A program made the position numbers and the translations under genes. Shown here in pieces: positions 23,892 to 34,652 of a DNA stretch of 64,000 nucleotides (its first letter is position 1; each line of letters begins with the position of its first letter). Source of the stretch: Scenedesmus sp. PABB004 (lineage: Eukaryota); contig JABVCE010000035.1 of the NCBI GenBank assembly GCA_014905635.1, forward strand, positions 1 through 64,000, read 5' to 3'. The notes below the pieces were generated by a model. That model was not told the origin of the DNA and did no database searches. It worked only from the letters and a program-made list of their open reading frames with translations.

Positions 23892-24695
23892 GGCCGCCGC
23901 ATCCGGCGGGCCGGCCGCGTTGTTGCGCTCGCTGGGCGGGAGCGGGCCTGCGATCGCGACGAGGCAGCGAGGGGCCCGGGGGCGACGCTCCTGTGACGGC
24001 CCGGGAGCGCGTTTATTCGCTGGCGCTGGCTCTGCGTTCGCCCTTGCGGAGCGGGGTCGGGACGGGCGATAATGTTACTCGGCGGTGCCGCGCCGCGCTG
24101 CGCCGAGCACGCCGGCCCCGGTCACGCCCAGCCCGCCGCCCCCGGCGCCCCGCACACTCTTTCGCCGCGCGAGCCCGACCCAGCGCCCCGACAGCAGCGC
24201 CTGACAGCAGCGCCACAGTGCGCTCACCAACGCGGCGCCGGCGCCCCTGCCGCGCTGCTGGAGCCGTCGTGCGCGTGTTCACGAGCAGCCAGCCGCCCCT
24301 CGCGGCGCCGTCAGCAGCGCCAGAGCCGCGCCCCTGCGAGGGCTGCGGCCGCGCACCGTGCACGGCCGGGCCAGGTGCGTGGCGTCAGTGCTCACGGCCG
24401 ATTGCGCAGCACGCTGGCGCGGGCGTGGGCCCGCCGCGCCGCCCGGGGGCGCGCCCGCCGCGGGCATCTGGGCGCAGCTTCTTGACCCGCCGCCCCGCGC
24501 GCGTGGGGCGCCGCGGGGCCGCCCCGAGGCCCGGGGCGGCCGTTTAAGCGCGCACCGCGCTGCCGGCGCCGGCGTGGCGGCAGCGCGCCGCCGCGCGGCG
24601 GCGCGGGCCGCGGCCGAACAGCTGGCGGCGGCCGCGGCGCTGTTTCCGCGCGCCGCCCACCGCCGACCGCCGCCGCCGCCGCCCCCGCAGGCCCC

Positions 24696-27236
24696 ATGAG
24701 GAGCCGGCCGGCCAGCGCGCCGCGGCGGCGCGGCGGCAGCCGCGGGCTGCTGCTGCTCCTCCTCGTCGCGGCGCCGGCTGGCCTGCGCCTCGGGCCCGCG
24801 CCCGCGGCCGGCGCGGGCGCGCCGGGCCAGCAGCAGCACCTCGCGGCGGCGCCGGGCGCGCAGCGCGCGCAGCAGCGCGCGCAGGAGCCAGCGGCCGCGC
24901 CGCCGCGCACGGCGGCGGCGCCCTCGGGCGCCGCGCAGCAGCTGCAGGCGCAGCGGCAGACGGCGCAGGAGCAGCAGGCGGTGGCGCCCCCGGCCACCCA
25001 GGCGGCGCGGGAGCGGCAGCAGCAGCCGGAGCAGCAGCAGCAGGCGCTGCCGCAGGCGCCGGCGGCGGCGGCGGCGGTCATCGTGCCGCACGCGCCCGGC
25101 GCGGCGCCCGCTCAGCCGCAGCGGCAGCAGCAGCAGTCGGCGGCGCTGGCCGCGGAGCTGCAGCGGGCGGCGGAGCAGACCGCGGCGGCGCAGCGCGCGG
25201 CGGCGGCGCCGCTCATCGTGCCGCACGCGCCGGAGCTCGCGCAGCGCGCGCCGCGCCCGCTGCGCGGCGCCGGGCTGGTGGTGCCCGGCGCCGCGGTGGC
25301 GGCGGCGGCGGCTGCCTCGGCCGCGGGCGGCGCCGCGTCGGCCGCGTCGGCCGTGTCGGCGCCGGCGCCGCCGCGCCGCGTGTGGGCGCGCGCGCCGCCG
25401 GGCGTGCCGGAGCTGCGCGGCTACACGTTTGGGTCGGCGAAGGACACGTTTGAGCTCTGCCACGAGACGAGCGGGCTGCGGCGCGACATCCCGCTCGAGG
25501 AGCTGCTCCCCGTGTTTGGCCTGCCCGGCAACCTCACGCAGCGCCCGACGACGACGCTGGCCGAGTTTGTGGCGATGGTGGCGGCGATCCAGCCGAGCTT
25601 CCGCGTCGTGTCGGCGCCGATGCTCTTCGGAGAGGCAGACCTGGGCGGCCTGCTCGCGCCCGCGGGCGGGCTGCCGCGCCTCGTGCACTTCACGGTGCGC
25701 GACAAGGACGCGCTGAAGCCGCACCAGGTCGTGAGCATGGCGTCGTGGGCGGCGCACAACCCGGGGCACGCGCTCATGCTCTTTGACGACGCCGACGTGC
25801 GCGAGTTCATGTCCAGCTACTACCCAGACCTGCTGCCCACGTTTGACGGGCTCGGCTCGAGCGTCGAGCGCACCGACCTGTGGCGCTACCTCGTGCTCTG
25901 CCGCTTCGGCGGCGTGTACGCCGACAGCGACGTCGTGTCGGCGCGGCCGATCGCGGGCTGGGCGGCCGACGCGGGGCTGCTGGTGGGCATCGAGAACGTG
26001 TTCACGACGCCCGAGGAGGCGAAGCGCCGCGACTACACGCGCCAGGTGCAGATGGTGCAGTGGGCGATCGCGGCGCGGCCGGGGCACCCCGTCGTGTGCC
26101 GCATGGGGCGCTACGTCGCGGCGCACGTGGCCGAGGAGGCGGCGGGGCGGTACGTCGACCCCGACCGCGACCACGCGATCCTCGAGCGCACCGGGCCCGG
26201 CATCTGGTCGAGCAGCGTGCACGACTACATCGCGGCCGCGGGCGGCGACGTCGCGTCGCTCGTCGCCGGCGGCGTCGTCGGCGACGTGCGCGTGCTGCCG
26301 CAGCCCGTGTTTGGCTGCGCGAGCGCGACGTTCAACCCCGCCGCCGACAGCCTGCCCTACGTGTACCACATGTTCAAGGGCAGCTGGCGCAGCCCGCCGC
26401 CGAGCAAGCTCGCGGCGGCGCTCGGCCGCCTGCGCGCGGCGCTGCGCCTCGGCGGCGGCGGCCCGCCGTCGCGGCGCGGCCGCGGCGCGGCCGACAGCCC
26501 CGCGCACGACGCCGCGCTCGCCGCGGCGGCGGCGGCGGCGGCCGAGGCGGCCGAGTTTGCGCGCGCCGCGGCGGCGCGGCCCGCGCCGGGCGCCGACGCG
26601 GCGCCGGCGGTGGCGGTGCCGCCCGGCGGGCGCAGCGCGGCGCTGTCGCCGCACCCGCGCCTGCCGGTGCTGGACGAGCAGATCCTGGAGCACAAGCGCG
26701 CCGCGCTGCTGGCCGCCGGCGCCGCCGGCGGCGCCGCGGCGCCGCTCGCGGCGCCCGACACGCGAAAGCTGCGCTCCTCGCAGGCGCTGCTCGTGCGCGG
26801 CGCGGTGGTCAGCCCCGCCGGCGCGCCCGGCGCGCCGGGCGGCGAGCCCGAGCTGCCCAGCAGCGCGCTGAGCGGCGTGCCCAGCCTGACGGTGCTGGTG
26901 CTGGTCGGGCTGGCGTGCGCGGTGTACAAGCAGCAGCAGGGCGCGGCGCTCGTGGGCACCTGGGCGGGCCGCGGGCGCGGCCTGTGCGTGAGCGCGCGCA
27001 CGAGCAGCGCCGGCGGCCCGCTCACCCGCGCGGCGAGCCGGCTCGCGCTGTCGGGCGCCGGCGCGGCGCTCGGCGGCGCCGGCGCGGCGCGGCCGCCGCT
27101 GCCGGAGCGCAGCAGCCCGCGCGGCGGCCTGGGCGAGGCGGAGGTCTGCTACGCCAGCAGCCAGCAGAACGGGCACCCGCACCGCCACAAGCGCAGCTGG
27201 GGCAGCAGCTCGTTCGCCAACTTCCAGCAGCTCTGA
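24696..27236 (+). CDS. Glycosyltransferase family 32 (OCH1/SUR1-like DXD) protein, single exon, 846 aa
   Basis: LPRLVHFT, SWAAHNPGH, ERTDLWRYLVLCRFGGVYADSDV, QWAIAARPGHPV, ERTGPGIWS, HMFKGSWR; hydrophobic segments near both termini. Confidence 0.9.
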   Translation: MRSRPASAPRRRGGSRGLLLLLLVAAPAGLRLGPAPAAGAGAPGQQQHLAAAPGAQRAQQRAQEPAAAPPRTAAAPSGAAQQLQAQRQTAQEQQAVAPPATQAARERQQQPEQQQQALPQAPAAAAAVIVPHAPGAAPAQPQRQQQQSAALAAELQRAAEQTAAAQRAAAAPLIVPHAPELAQRAPRPLRGAGLVVPGAAVAAAAAASAAGGAASAASAVSAPAPPRRVWARAPPGVPELRGYTFGSAKDTFELCHETSGLRRDIPLEELLPVFGLPGNLTQRPTTTLAEFVAMVAAIQPSFRVVSAPMLFGEADLGGLLAPAGGLPRLVHFTVRDKDALKPHQVVSMASWAAHNPGHALMLFDDADVREFMSSYYPDLLPTFDGLGSSVERTDLWRYLVLCRFGGVYADSDVVSARPIAGWAADAGLLVGIENVFTTPEEAKRRDYTRQVQMVQWAIAARPGHPVVCRMGRYVAAHVAEEAAGRYVDPDRDHAILERTGPGIWSSSVHDYIAAAGGDVASLVAGGVVGDVRVLPQPVFGCASATFNPAADSLPYVYHMFKGSWRSPPPSKLAAALGRLRAALRLGGGGPPSRRGRGAADSPAHDAALAAAAAAAAEAAEFARAAAARPAPGADAAPAVAVPPGGRSAALSPHPRLPVLDEQILEHKRAALLAAGAAGGAAAPLAAPDTRKLRSSQALLVRGAVVSPAGAPGAPGGEPELPSSALSGVPSLTVLVLVGLACAVYKQQQGAALVGTWAGRGRGLCVSARTSSAGGPLTRAASRLALSGAGAALGGAGAARPPLPERSSPRGGLGEAEVCYASSQQNGHPHRHKRSWGSSSFANFQQL

Positions 27237-28083
27237 GCGCGGCGCCCCGGCCGCCCGCGCGGCGCGGCATGTACACCAGCAGCAGCTCTGAGCCGCGGCG
27301 CACCGCGCGCGCGGCGCGCCGGCGAGCCAGCCAGCTGGCCGCCCCGCGCCGCGCGCCGCGGCGCCGCCACTGCCGACTGCAGGCTTAGCGGGGCCCGGCC
27401 GCCGTGATTGCGCCCCTCGTGCCCAGCACTCTTTTGCTTCGCTTTGACTTTTGACGCGCGGCGCGCGTTGCTTTCGTTGGACGGCGTGCGAGCGGGATAG
27501 AGGGACGACGGGCCTCTCTGGCGAGGCGAGAGCGAGCGTGCATGGGTGTGTGTGCTGCTGCTGCTCCGACCGCGACCGAATTGGGCACGGCGCGCCGCGG
27601 AAACGCCGGCGCGCCCCTCCATCCGTGTGCCCGCGCCGCCTGCGTTGCTCCACGAGCACGGCGGCCGCGGGCGGCGGGCTTGTGCGGCGGCGGCAGGGCG
27701 GCGACGCGGCTGCCGCGCCTTCTCTCGCTCTCCCCTCTGCAGAACTGTTCACGCCCGCACACGTGCACGCACGCGCGCACGTGCAGGCGGCCCTGGGCGG
27801 CTGCCGCTCGCGCGCGCCAGCGGGCGCTTGGCGGCCGGCGCGGCGCGGCCAATTGGGCGCCCGCGCCGGCCCGGCCGCATGCGGGGCGGCGGCCTCGAGC
27901 TGGCGGCGGCACTGCGGTGGGATGGATCGATCGATCGACGCCCCTATACACAACACGCGCAGCAGCGGCTTGTGGTGGGGGCCACCGGCTGGGGGGAATG
28001 AATGCCGTTTCATCGGCGGGGCGGGGAGTTAACCCGCGGGAGCCGCGGCGCCCGTGCAGCCCGCCCGCTCGCCTTGCGCGCGG

Positions 28084-30330
28084 TCACTCGAACAGCGGCG
28101 AGCCCCAGGCGTCGGCCGCCAGCATCTCCCCCCGCACCGCGCCGCGCCCGATGGGTCCAAAGGGCTTCGGCAGCACCGACGCGCGCGGCACGCACACGCG
28201 CGGCGCGGCGCCGTCGGCCCCCGCGCCGGCGCCCCCGACGCCCTGCTGCGCGTTGAGCGTGCGCAGCTCCTGCGTGAGCTTCCAGATGTCAATCTGCGGC
28301 GACAGCGGCGGCGGGCGCGGGCTGTGTGGCCGGCGGCCGCGCGGGCACGCCACCGCGGCCGCGGGCGCGCCGCGCTCCGCTGCGCTGCGCTCCGCGCGCG
28401 CGCGCGCGCGCGCCTCGGCGAGGGAGGGGCGGCAGAAGTGCAGGCAGTCGATGCCGCCGAGGATGCTCTGCTCGCGCGTGATGTGGCCGTCGTGCAGCGA
28501 CATGCTGAGGTTGTACGAGTCCACCACAGGGACGCCGTACCTGGCGGGGCGTGACGTGTCGCATGGCGACGCGGCATCGCGCGTCGCAACGGCGGCGGTG
28601 GGCGCGGTGGGCCGGGGCTTTGGCGACGGCGGCGCGGCGGCGCGGGTGCGCGGGGCGGGGGGCGCACCTGCCGAGCACGGCGTGCGCGAGGCGCGGCAGC
28701 TCGAGGCCGGTCGCGAGGTCGTAGCCGCCCTGGCTTGCAGGGAGGCAGGCGGGCACGTCAAAGTCGAGCGCGCCGCCGGTGCACTTGGTGTGGTCGTGCG
28801 GCGCGACGCCAAACACCAGCGGCGGGAACGAGCCCGCGTTGGCCTGCCCCGCCCGGGGCGGGTCAGGGCGGGGCGGGGCGGGGTTGGCCGGCGGCGCCCG
28901 CGGCGGCGGCCGCGCGCGGTGCTCTGGCGGGCCAGCTGCAGCTGCGGCGCCGCGCACCTGGGCGTACGCGCCGATCTTCTCCAGCGAAGCAGCGTAGGAG
29001 GGGTGCGTCCCCTCGCCTGCCACGCGCGGCGCGGCGCGGGTCGCGGCAGCGGGCGAGGCAGCACGCGGCGCAGCGCGGCGGTGCGGCGCACGGCGCGGCG
29101 CGACAGCGCTCACAGTTGTTCGCGTGCCATCGCCCGATGCTGACATACACGGCGTCTTCGGGGGTGGTGAAGTTGGCGTGCAGCAGCTGCAGCGTTCCCG
29201 GGCTCTGCGGGGCGCCGCCGCGCGTGCGGCCTCGGCGCGCCGCGACGCATCCCAGCGCATCCGCGCGCGCGTGCGGTGGAGCCTCCGCTCCATGCCCCGA
29301 GGATCCGAGGGTTGAGGACCCTCGACACACACGCGCCGCGCACCTGGGAGTCAGCCGAGACGTGGTAGTCGCCGATGGGGCTGTGCACCAGGCAGATGCG
29401 GCCGCGGCTGCCGCGCATGTGCAGGCAGCTTGGCGGCGTGTTGTAGGGATGACCCTGCGGTCATGGTTAGGAGCGGCGGGCATGGGCAGGGGCGGCGGTG
29501 GGCAGGCGTGTGGTCGCCGCGCGAGCGCGGGGCGGCATGTCGTGGGCCGGCTGCGCGCGCGGCGGCGGGGCCCGCCCGCGCCCCGGGGCACGCCCGCGGC
29601 GGCGGCGGCACGGCGCGCCTGCGCGGTGACGAGCTCGAGCTGCTTCTGCAGGCCGGCGTCGGCGCTCGCGTCGCACTCGCCGACCGCCTGGTCCCACAGG
29701 TCAAAGGCAAAGCAGCGCAGCGAGGCGTAGAGACCCTTCACATGCGAGTCGCTGCACGGCAGCAGCGCCGGCGGCGCCGGCGGCGGCGGCGGCGGCGGCG
29801 GGGCGCGTGCGTGAGCGGCCGGCCGGCGCGGGGCTGCTCAGCTGCTGCCCAGCTGAGCCGGGCCGTCGCCAGCAGGGGGCGAGCTGGCCTCCCCCTCACC
29901 CGATGAGCCAGAGCGTGCGGTCGCCGAGCGCGGCGTGCAGGTCGCAGGGGCTGAACGTCCCCGCCTCGGCCCCCGCGACGGCCGCCGCGAGCGCCGCCGC
30001 GTGCGGGCGCTGCCAGGCCTCGCACACGCCCCAGATGGCGAAGGCGGCGGGGTCCAGCTTGCACACCGCCCCCCTGCGCCGCGGCGCGGCGTGAGGGCCA
30101 GCGGCGGCAGCAGCAGCGCCCGCGGCCAGCGCTGGCTGCGGGCGCCAGCGCGCGGCCGCCCGCGCTCACCACGCGCCGTCGCGCGGCTGGCAGCCGCTTG
30201 TGCAGGACGAGTGAACGCCGCCCATGAGCAGGCTCGGACCCGTGCCATCGCGCGCGTAGGCGGCGGGGCAGCCCGCCCTCGCCAAGATGGGCAGCATCAG
30301 GAGCGCAGCCCCCGCTAGAATGCGCGCCAT
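28084..30330 (-). CDS. Secreted SGNH-fold / trichome-birefringence-like (PC-esterase) protein, multi-exon
   Basis: Signal peptide MARILAGAALLMLPILARA; spliced RTLWLIGDSH (GDS motif) and C-terminal GGIDCLHFCRP (DxxH motif). Confidence 0.7.
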
Positions 30331-30739
30331 GGGTTTGCAGGGCGCCAATAAGGTAAAACTAGTTAATTTGAGCTCCCTGGATTGGACGGCGGGCTCGGAG
30401 CAGCTCGGCGGTGCGAGCCGGAGCCCGGCGCGAGTTCGCGAGCTCGCTCCGCGCGCGGCCTGGGGCCGGACCTATCGCGCGCCTGGTCGATCGAGCTGCC
30501 TGGTCGGTCGATCGGCCGATGGCGGTCTTGCCCGACGGCGCCGGGGTTCGGGGGGCGCGGCGGCCGGCCGCGCGCGTCAGCGGTCCCAGCGGCGGGCGGG
30601 CGGCGGCGGCGCCCCGCCAGCCCGAGCCCGAGCGCTGGCGGCGCGCCCCGCCAGCCCGAGCCCGAGCGCTGGCGCGGCGCCGCGGCGCGCGGGCGCGGCG
30701 CCCGACCCGATCGCGGCGGCGCGCACGCGGCTCGGCGCT

Positions 30740-31242
30740 ATGGACGGCGAGACGAGTGTCGATCTGCTCGCGAGCGAGGTCCTGCGCGCCGCCGGCGTGC
30801 GCCTGCCCACGCTGTGCGCCCCGCCGCCGCGCGCCGCGCCGCGCCGCGCCGCCACGCCCCCCGCTGCAGCGCGCTGCGCGCCGCGCCGCCACGCCCCTGC
30901 TGCACCGCGCGCGGCGCAGGGTCGTCATCGAGGCGGGCTGCGACGAGCTGCGCGAGTGCCTGGCCGGCTGCGCCGCGCTCACGCCTGCCCAGCTGGGCGC
31001 GCTGGCCAGCGCGCTGGCCAGCGCCCATGGGCGCGGCGCTGCGGGCGAGCGTCCGGCGCGCCGCCGCCGGGGGCGGCCTGGAGCAGCGCGGCGAGGCGTC
31101 CGAGGTTTTCCGGCAGGACGTCGCGCTGCTCCTGGCGGCCGCGCACACGCAGCAGCCGGCGCGCTTCCCGCTGCTGCTGGTGCAAGGCCTCCGCGGCGCA
31201 GAAGCTGCGGCGCCGGCGGGGCCGCCCGGCCCGGGCGGCTGA
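30740..31242 (+). CDS. Small hypothetical protein (2 exons, probable frameshift near 31020)
   Basis: MDGETSVDLLASEVLRAAG, intron, VVIEAGCDELRECLAGC, then a different frame gives EVFRQDVALLLAAAHTQQPARFPLLLVQGL; coding-like composition only. Confidence 0.4.
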
Positions 31243-31341
31243 CGGGGCGGGAGGCGCGCGCGCGGGAGTGCACAAGAGTTGGCGCCACGGCAACCGAGTT
31301 GCTCCGAGAGTCACACGACTCACGCAGGGCTCAGGCCAATC

Positions 31342-31405
31342 GAAACCAGGACTGAAACCAGGACTGATATCGATATCAGTCCTGGTTTCCATCAGACCTG
31401 GTTCC
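31342..31405. repeat. Perfect 36-bp palindrome with flanking extra arm copies
   Basis: gaaaccaggactgatatc|gatatcagtcctggtttc at 31354-31389, a direct copy gaaaccaggact at 31342-31353 and a degenerate copy at 31392-31405. Confidence 0.95.
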
Positions 31406-33279
31406 AGAACGCGAGCACCTGTGAGGGCGCGCGCGCGGTCAGAGCGGCGGGGCGGGCGCGCGGAGCTGCGCGGGCGCGCCAGCGAGCGGCGGCTGCCGCC
31501 CGCCGCCCACGGCGCCGCGCGCACCTGCTCCAGCGTCTCGCCCGCGCGCAGCAGCGTCAGCGCGACGCCGCCGCCGCCCGCGTCCTCCCCGGGCGCGGCG
31601 CCGCGGTAGCCGTACACCGGCGGCGAGCAGCGCGAGTTGTAGCTGCGGCGACGGCGGCGGCGGCGGCCGCGGCGAACGGGCGTCGGCGCGCTGCCGCGCG
31701 CGCCAGCAGCCGCCACGCCCCCAGCCGCCGCGCCCTCGGCCGCCGCGGCCTCGGCCGCCCGGCCGGCCTCACCGTGAGAACATGGCGAGCGTGTACGCCC
31801 CCGCGTCGGCCACGACCACCCAGTCCCCGGGCGACGCGCGCGGCATGGTCGCGCCGACCGCGAGCCGGTCGCCCTGGAAGCACAGCGGCCCCGCCACGTC
31901 CTGCGGCCGCGCGGCGGCAGCGGCGGCGGCGGCGGCGCGCGTCCCCGCGGCGGCCACGGAGACGGCGCCGCGCGTCGCGCAGCCGCCGCGGCGCGCGCGC
32001 GCGCGCCTGCACCACGGCCTCCGCGCCGGGCGCGCCCTCCCGCGGCGCGCCGGCGGCGTCGCAGAGGAACACGCGGAGGCCGTAGGTGCTCGGCAGGTAG
32101 CAGGCGCGCATGCACAGGTCAGCGCCGACGTGGCAGACGGCGATGTGCCGCCCGCCGCTGGACTTGGTGTACTCGACGCGGCTCACGATGCAGCCCGCCT
32201 TGGCGAGCAGGGAGCGCCCGTTCTCGGTCACGATGCGCGTGCGGCAGCCGGGGGCGAAGAGCGCGGGCAGCGCCGCGCGCAGCAGGCGCGCCTGCGCCGC
32301 AAACGCGCTCTCCTGCGCCGCGCGCGCGCGGCGGCGGCCGCCGCTCGGCGCGGGCGGCGGCGCAGGCTCGGCGGCGCGGGCGCGGCGGCGCGGCGGCGCG
32401 GGCCACCTCGGGCGGGTCGTCGCTGGCAAAGTCCACGCTGAGCCCGCCGCCGATGTCGAGCAGCGCCACGCGGCCCGGCGCTGTCGCGGCCTCGACCTCC
32501 AGCAGCAGCCCCCACACCGCCTCGACGCCCGCCACCGTGACCTGCGGGCGCGGCGCTCGCGCGGGTGCGCGCCGCCCTGCAGCGCGCTGCGCCGCCGCCG
32601 CCGCCGCCGCTTCACTGCTGCCGCCGGCGCCGCCGCGCCAGCGGCGGCGCCGCACCTCGAGCGGCACGCCCTGGGAGCCGACGTGCAGGTGCAGCATGTC
32701 CAGCCAGGGGTGCTCCGCGAACGCCGCGACCAGCTCCGCCCGACATTCCTGGAGCGGGAACCCGAACTTGGACACGGCCCCGCCCGTCGACAGCGCGGCG
32801 ATGCTGCCCTCGCCGACCTGGCGGGCGCGCGCGCGCGGGCGGGGCGTGTCAGCGCGGCGCCGCGGGCCGCGCGCGCCGCCGCGCCGCGCGCGCGGCCCGC
32901 GCGGCCCGCGGCCGGCGCCGCGCCCCGCGCGCCTGCGGATTGATGCGCAGGCCGACGTGCTGCCCGGGGCGCAGCAGGCCGGGCTCGGCGGCGAGCAGCG
33001 CCGCGGCGCGCTGCAGCTCCTGCCAGTTGTCAAGATTGACCGCGACGCCAGACGCGAGCGCAAACCTGGCGCAGCGACCGCGCAGCGGTCAGCGAGCGCG
33101 GCGCGAGCGCGTCGGGGGGCTGGCTGCCGCCGCCACGGCCGTCCTGCAGCCCCCCCCCCCCCTTCCCCGAGCGCGCCTGAGCTCGCCGAGCGTCTTGGCG
33201 GGCGAGTCGAACACGATGCGGTCGGGCGCAAACCCGACACGCAGCGCCTGCTGCAGCTCACCCAGCGACGCGGCCTGGC

Positions 33280-33312
<33 letters not shown>

Positions 33313-33615
33313 GTGAGGGGGCGCCCGCGCAGCGGCGAGCCCGGCCGCAGCTGTGCGCGCGCCGCGCCGCGCCTCTGCGCCGAGGCCCGCGTCGCGCAGC
33401 GCGGCCAGGACGCCGCCGATGGGGTTGGCCTTCACAGCCACCGTGTGCAGGGCGGAGCTCGGGAAGCCCGCGCCGCGCTGCACGTGCGCCGCGGCGGCGT
33501 CGAGCGCGTCGAGGTCCATCAGCACCGCGCTGTGCCGCTCGGCGCCGTCGAGCTCGCCGCCCGCCAGCGCTGCCGTCAGCGCCGCGCAGCGCCGGCGGTG
33601 CGCGGCGCCGGCCAT
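31392..33615 (-). CDS. lysA: Diaminopimelate-decarboxylase-like PLP-dependent group IV decarboxylase (multi-exon)
   Basis: AVKANP (PLP lysine), AASLGEL, IVFDSPAKT, GLRINPQ, SKFG, LHLHVGSQG, LDIGGG, TENGRSL, VAGPLCFQGD, DAGAY..SRYNSR, ending ETLEQVLAFWNQV-stop. The substrate is not certain. Confidence 0.85.
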
Positions 33616-33945
33616 CGCGGTCCGCGCGCTGTGGCGGCAGCGGCGCTGCTGTCGCCGCGGGCGGCGGGACGGTGGCGGCAGCGGCGGCGGGAGCGGCGGC
33701 GGGGACGGCAGCGTGGGTGTGCTCACATCGCTCGAGCGACAGTCGGCGCCCCCGCCGCCGCGATCGCCGCGCGTTCGTCAGTCGGCGCTGCGCCCTGAGC
33801 TGCCGCCGCTCCGGCGCCTGCATCCCGCGGCGCACGGCACTGACCGCCCGTGCTCCGCCCGCCGCCTCTTGGGCGCGCTGCTCCCCGCTGCCGCGAGGGA
33901 CTGCTGTCGACGTCGATCTCTTGCTTCGCTGCCAGCCAGCGCGCC

Positions 33946-34619
33946 ATGGGCCGCGCCATCGCGGCTGCGCCGCCGGTGAGGGGACGCCGACGCGTTCCTC
34001 CAGCGCGTGGAGTCCGCCTCGCCGCGCCGCGAGCCCCTCAGCGCGCGAGCGAGCGGGCGCGCGGCCGACAGCAAGCGCCCGCAGCGCGCAACCGGCGCCC
34101 CTGCCGGCGCGTCCTGCCCCTCAGCGACGGCTGGCGGTGCACGGATCCCGGAGCTGCGGGCGCCTCACCGCAGCCGCCGCGCCCGCCCGCGCACGCCGCC
34201 GCTGTCGCCGCGCGCCGCGCCGCCGCCGCAGGCCCATGCGCGCGCAGCCCACCAGCACACCCACCTGCACGCCGCGCCCCGCCGCAGGCGCACCCGACGG
34301 GCTTCCACCAGGAGGTCAACGCCTCCATGATGGAGGAGCTCTGGCGCTCCCTGGCGGCGGCGGCGGCGGCGCCCGGCGCGCGCGCGGGCAGCGCGCCGCT
34401 CGACGAGGTCTTCGGCCTCCTCCGCTCCACAACGTGGGCTGACTTCTGGACCGCGTTCCCCTACGAGCTGCGCGAGCACGGCAGCTTCCTGGACGAGCTT
34501 GACGCGCTCGGCCTGCTGCTCGCGTCGCCGGCGGCAAAGGCGCGGTTCGAGCGCCACTTCGAGCACCTCGCCGCGCCCGCCGGCGGCGCGGGCGCGGGCG
34601 CCGCGCCGCCGCCCGAGGC

Positions 34620-34652
<33 letters not shown>

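Noticed and set aside
24279..28013. Very long antisense/overlapping ORFs (e.g. 1244 aa here; also 52261-55350, 34165-36600, 38312-40924)
   Set aside because: Arg/Ala/Gly/Pro-rich shadows of real genes caused by stop-codon scarcity at very high GC; no recognisable domains.
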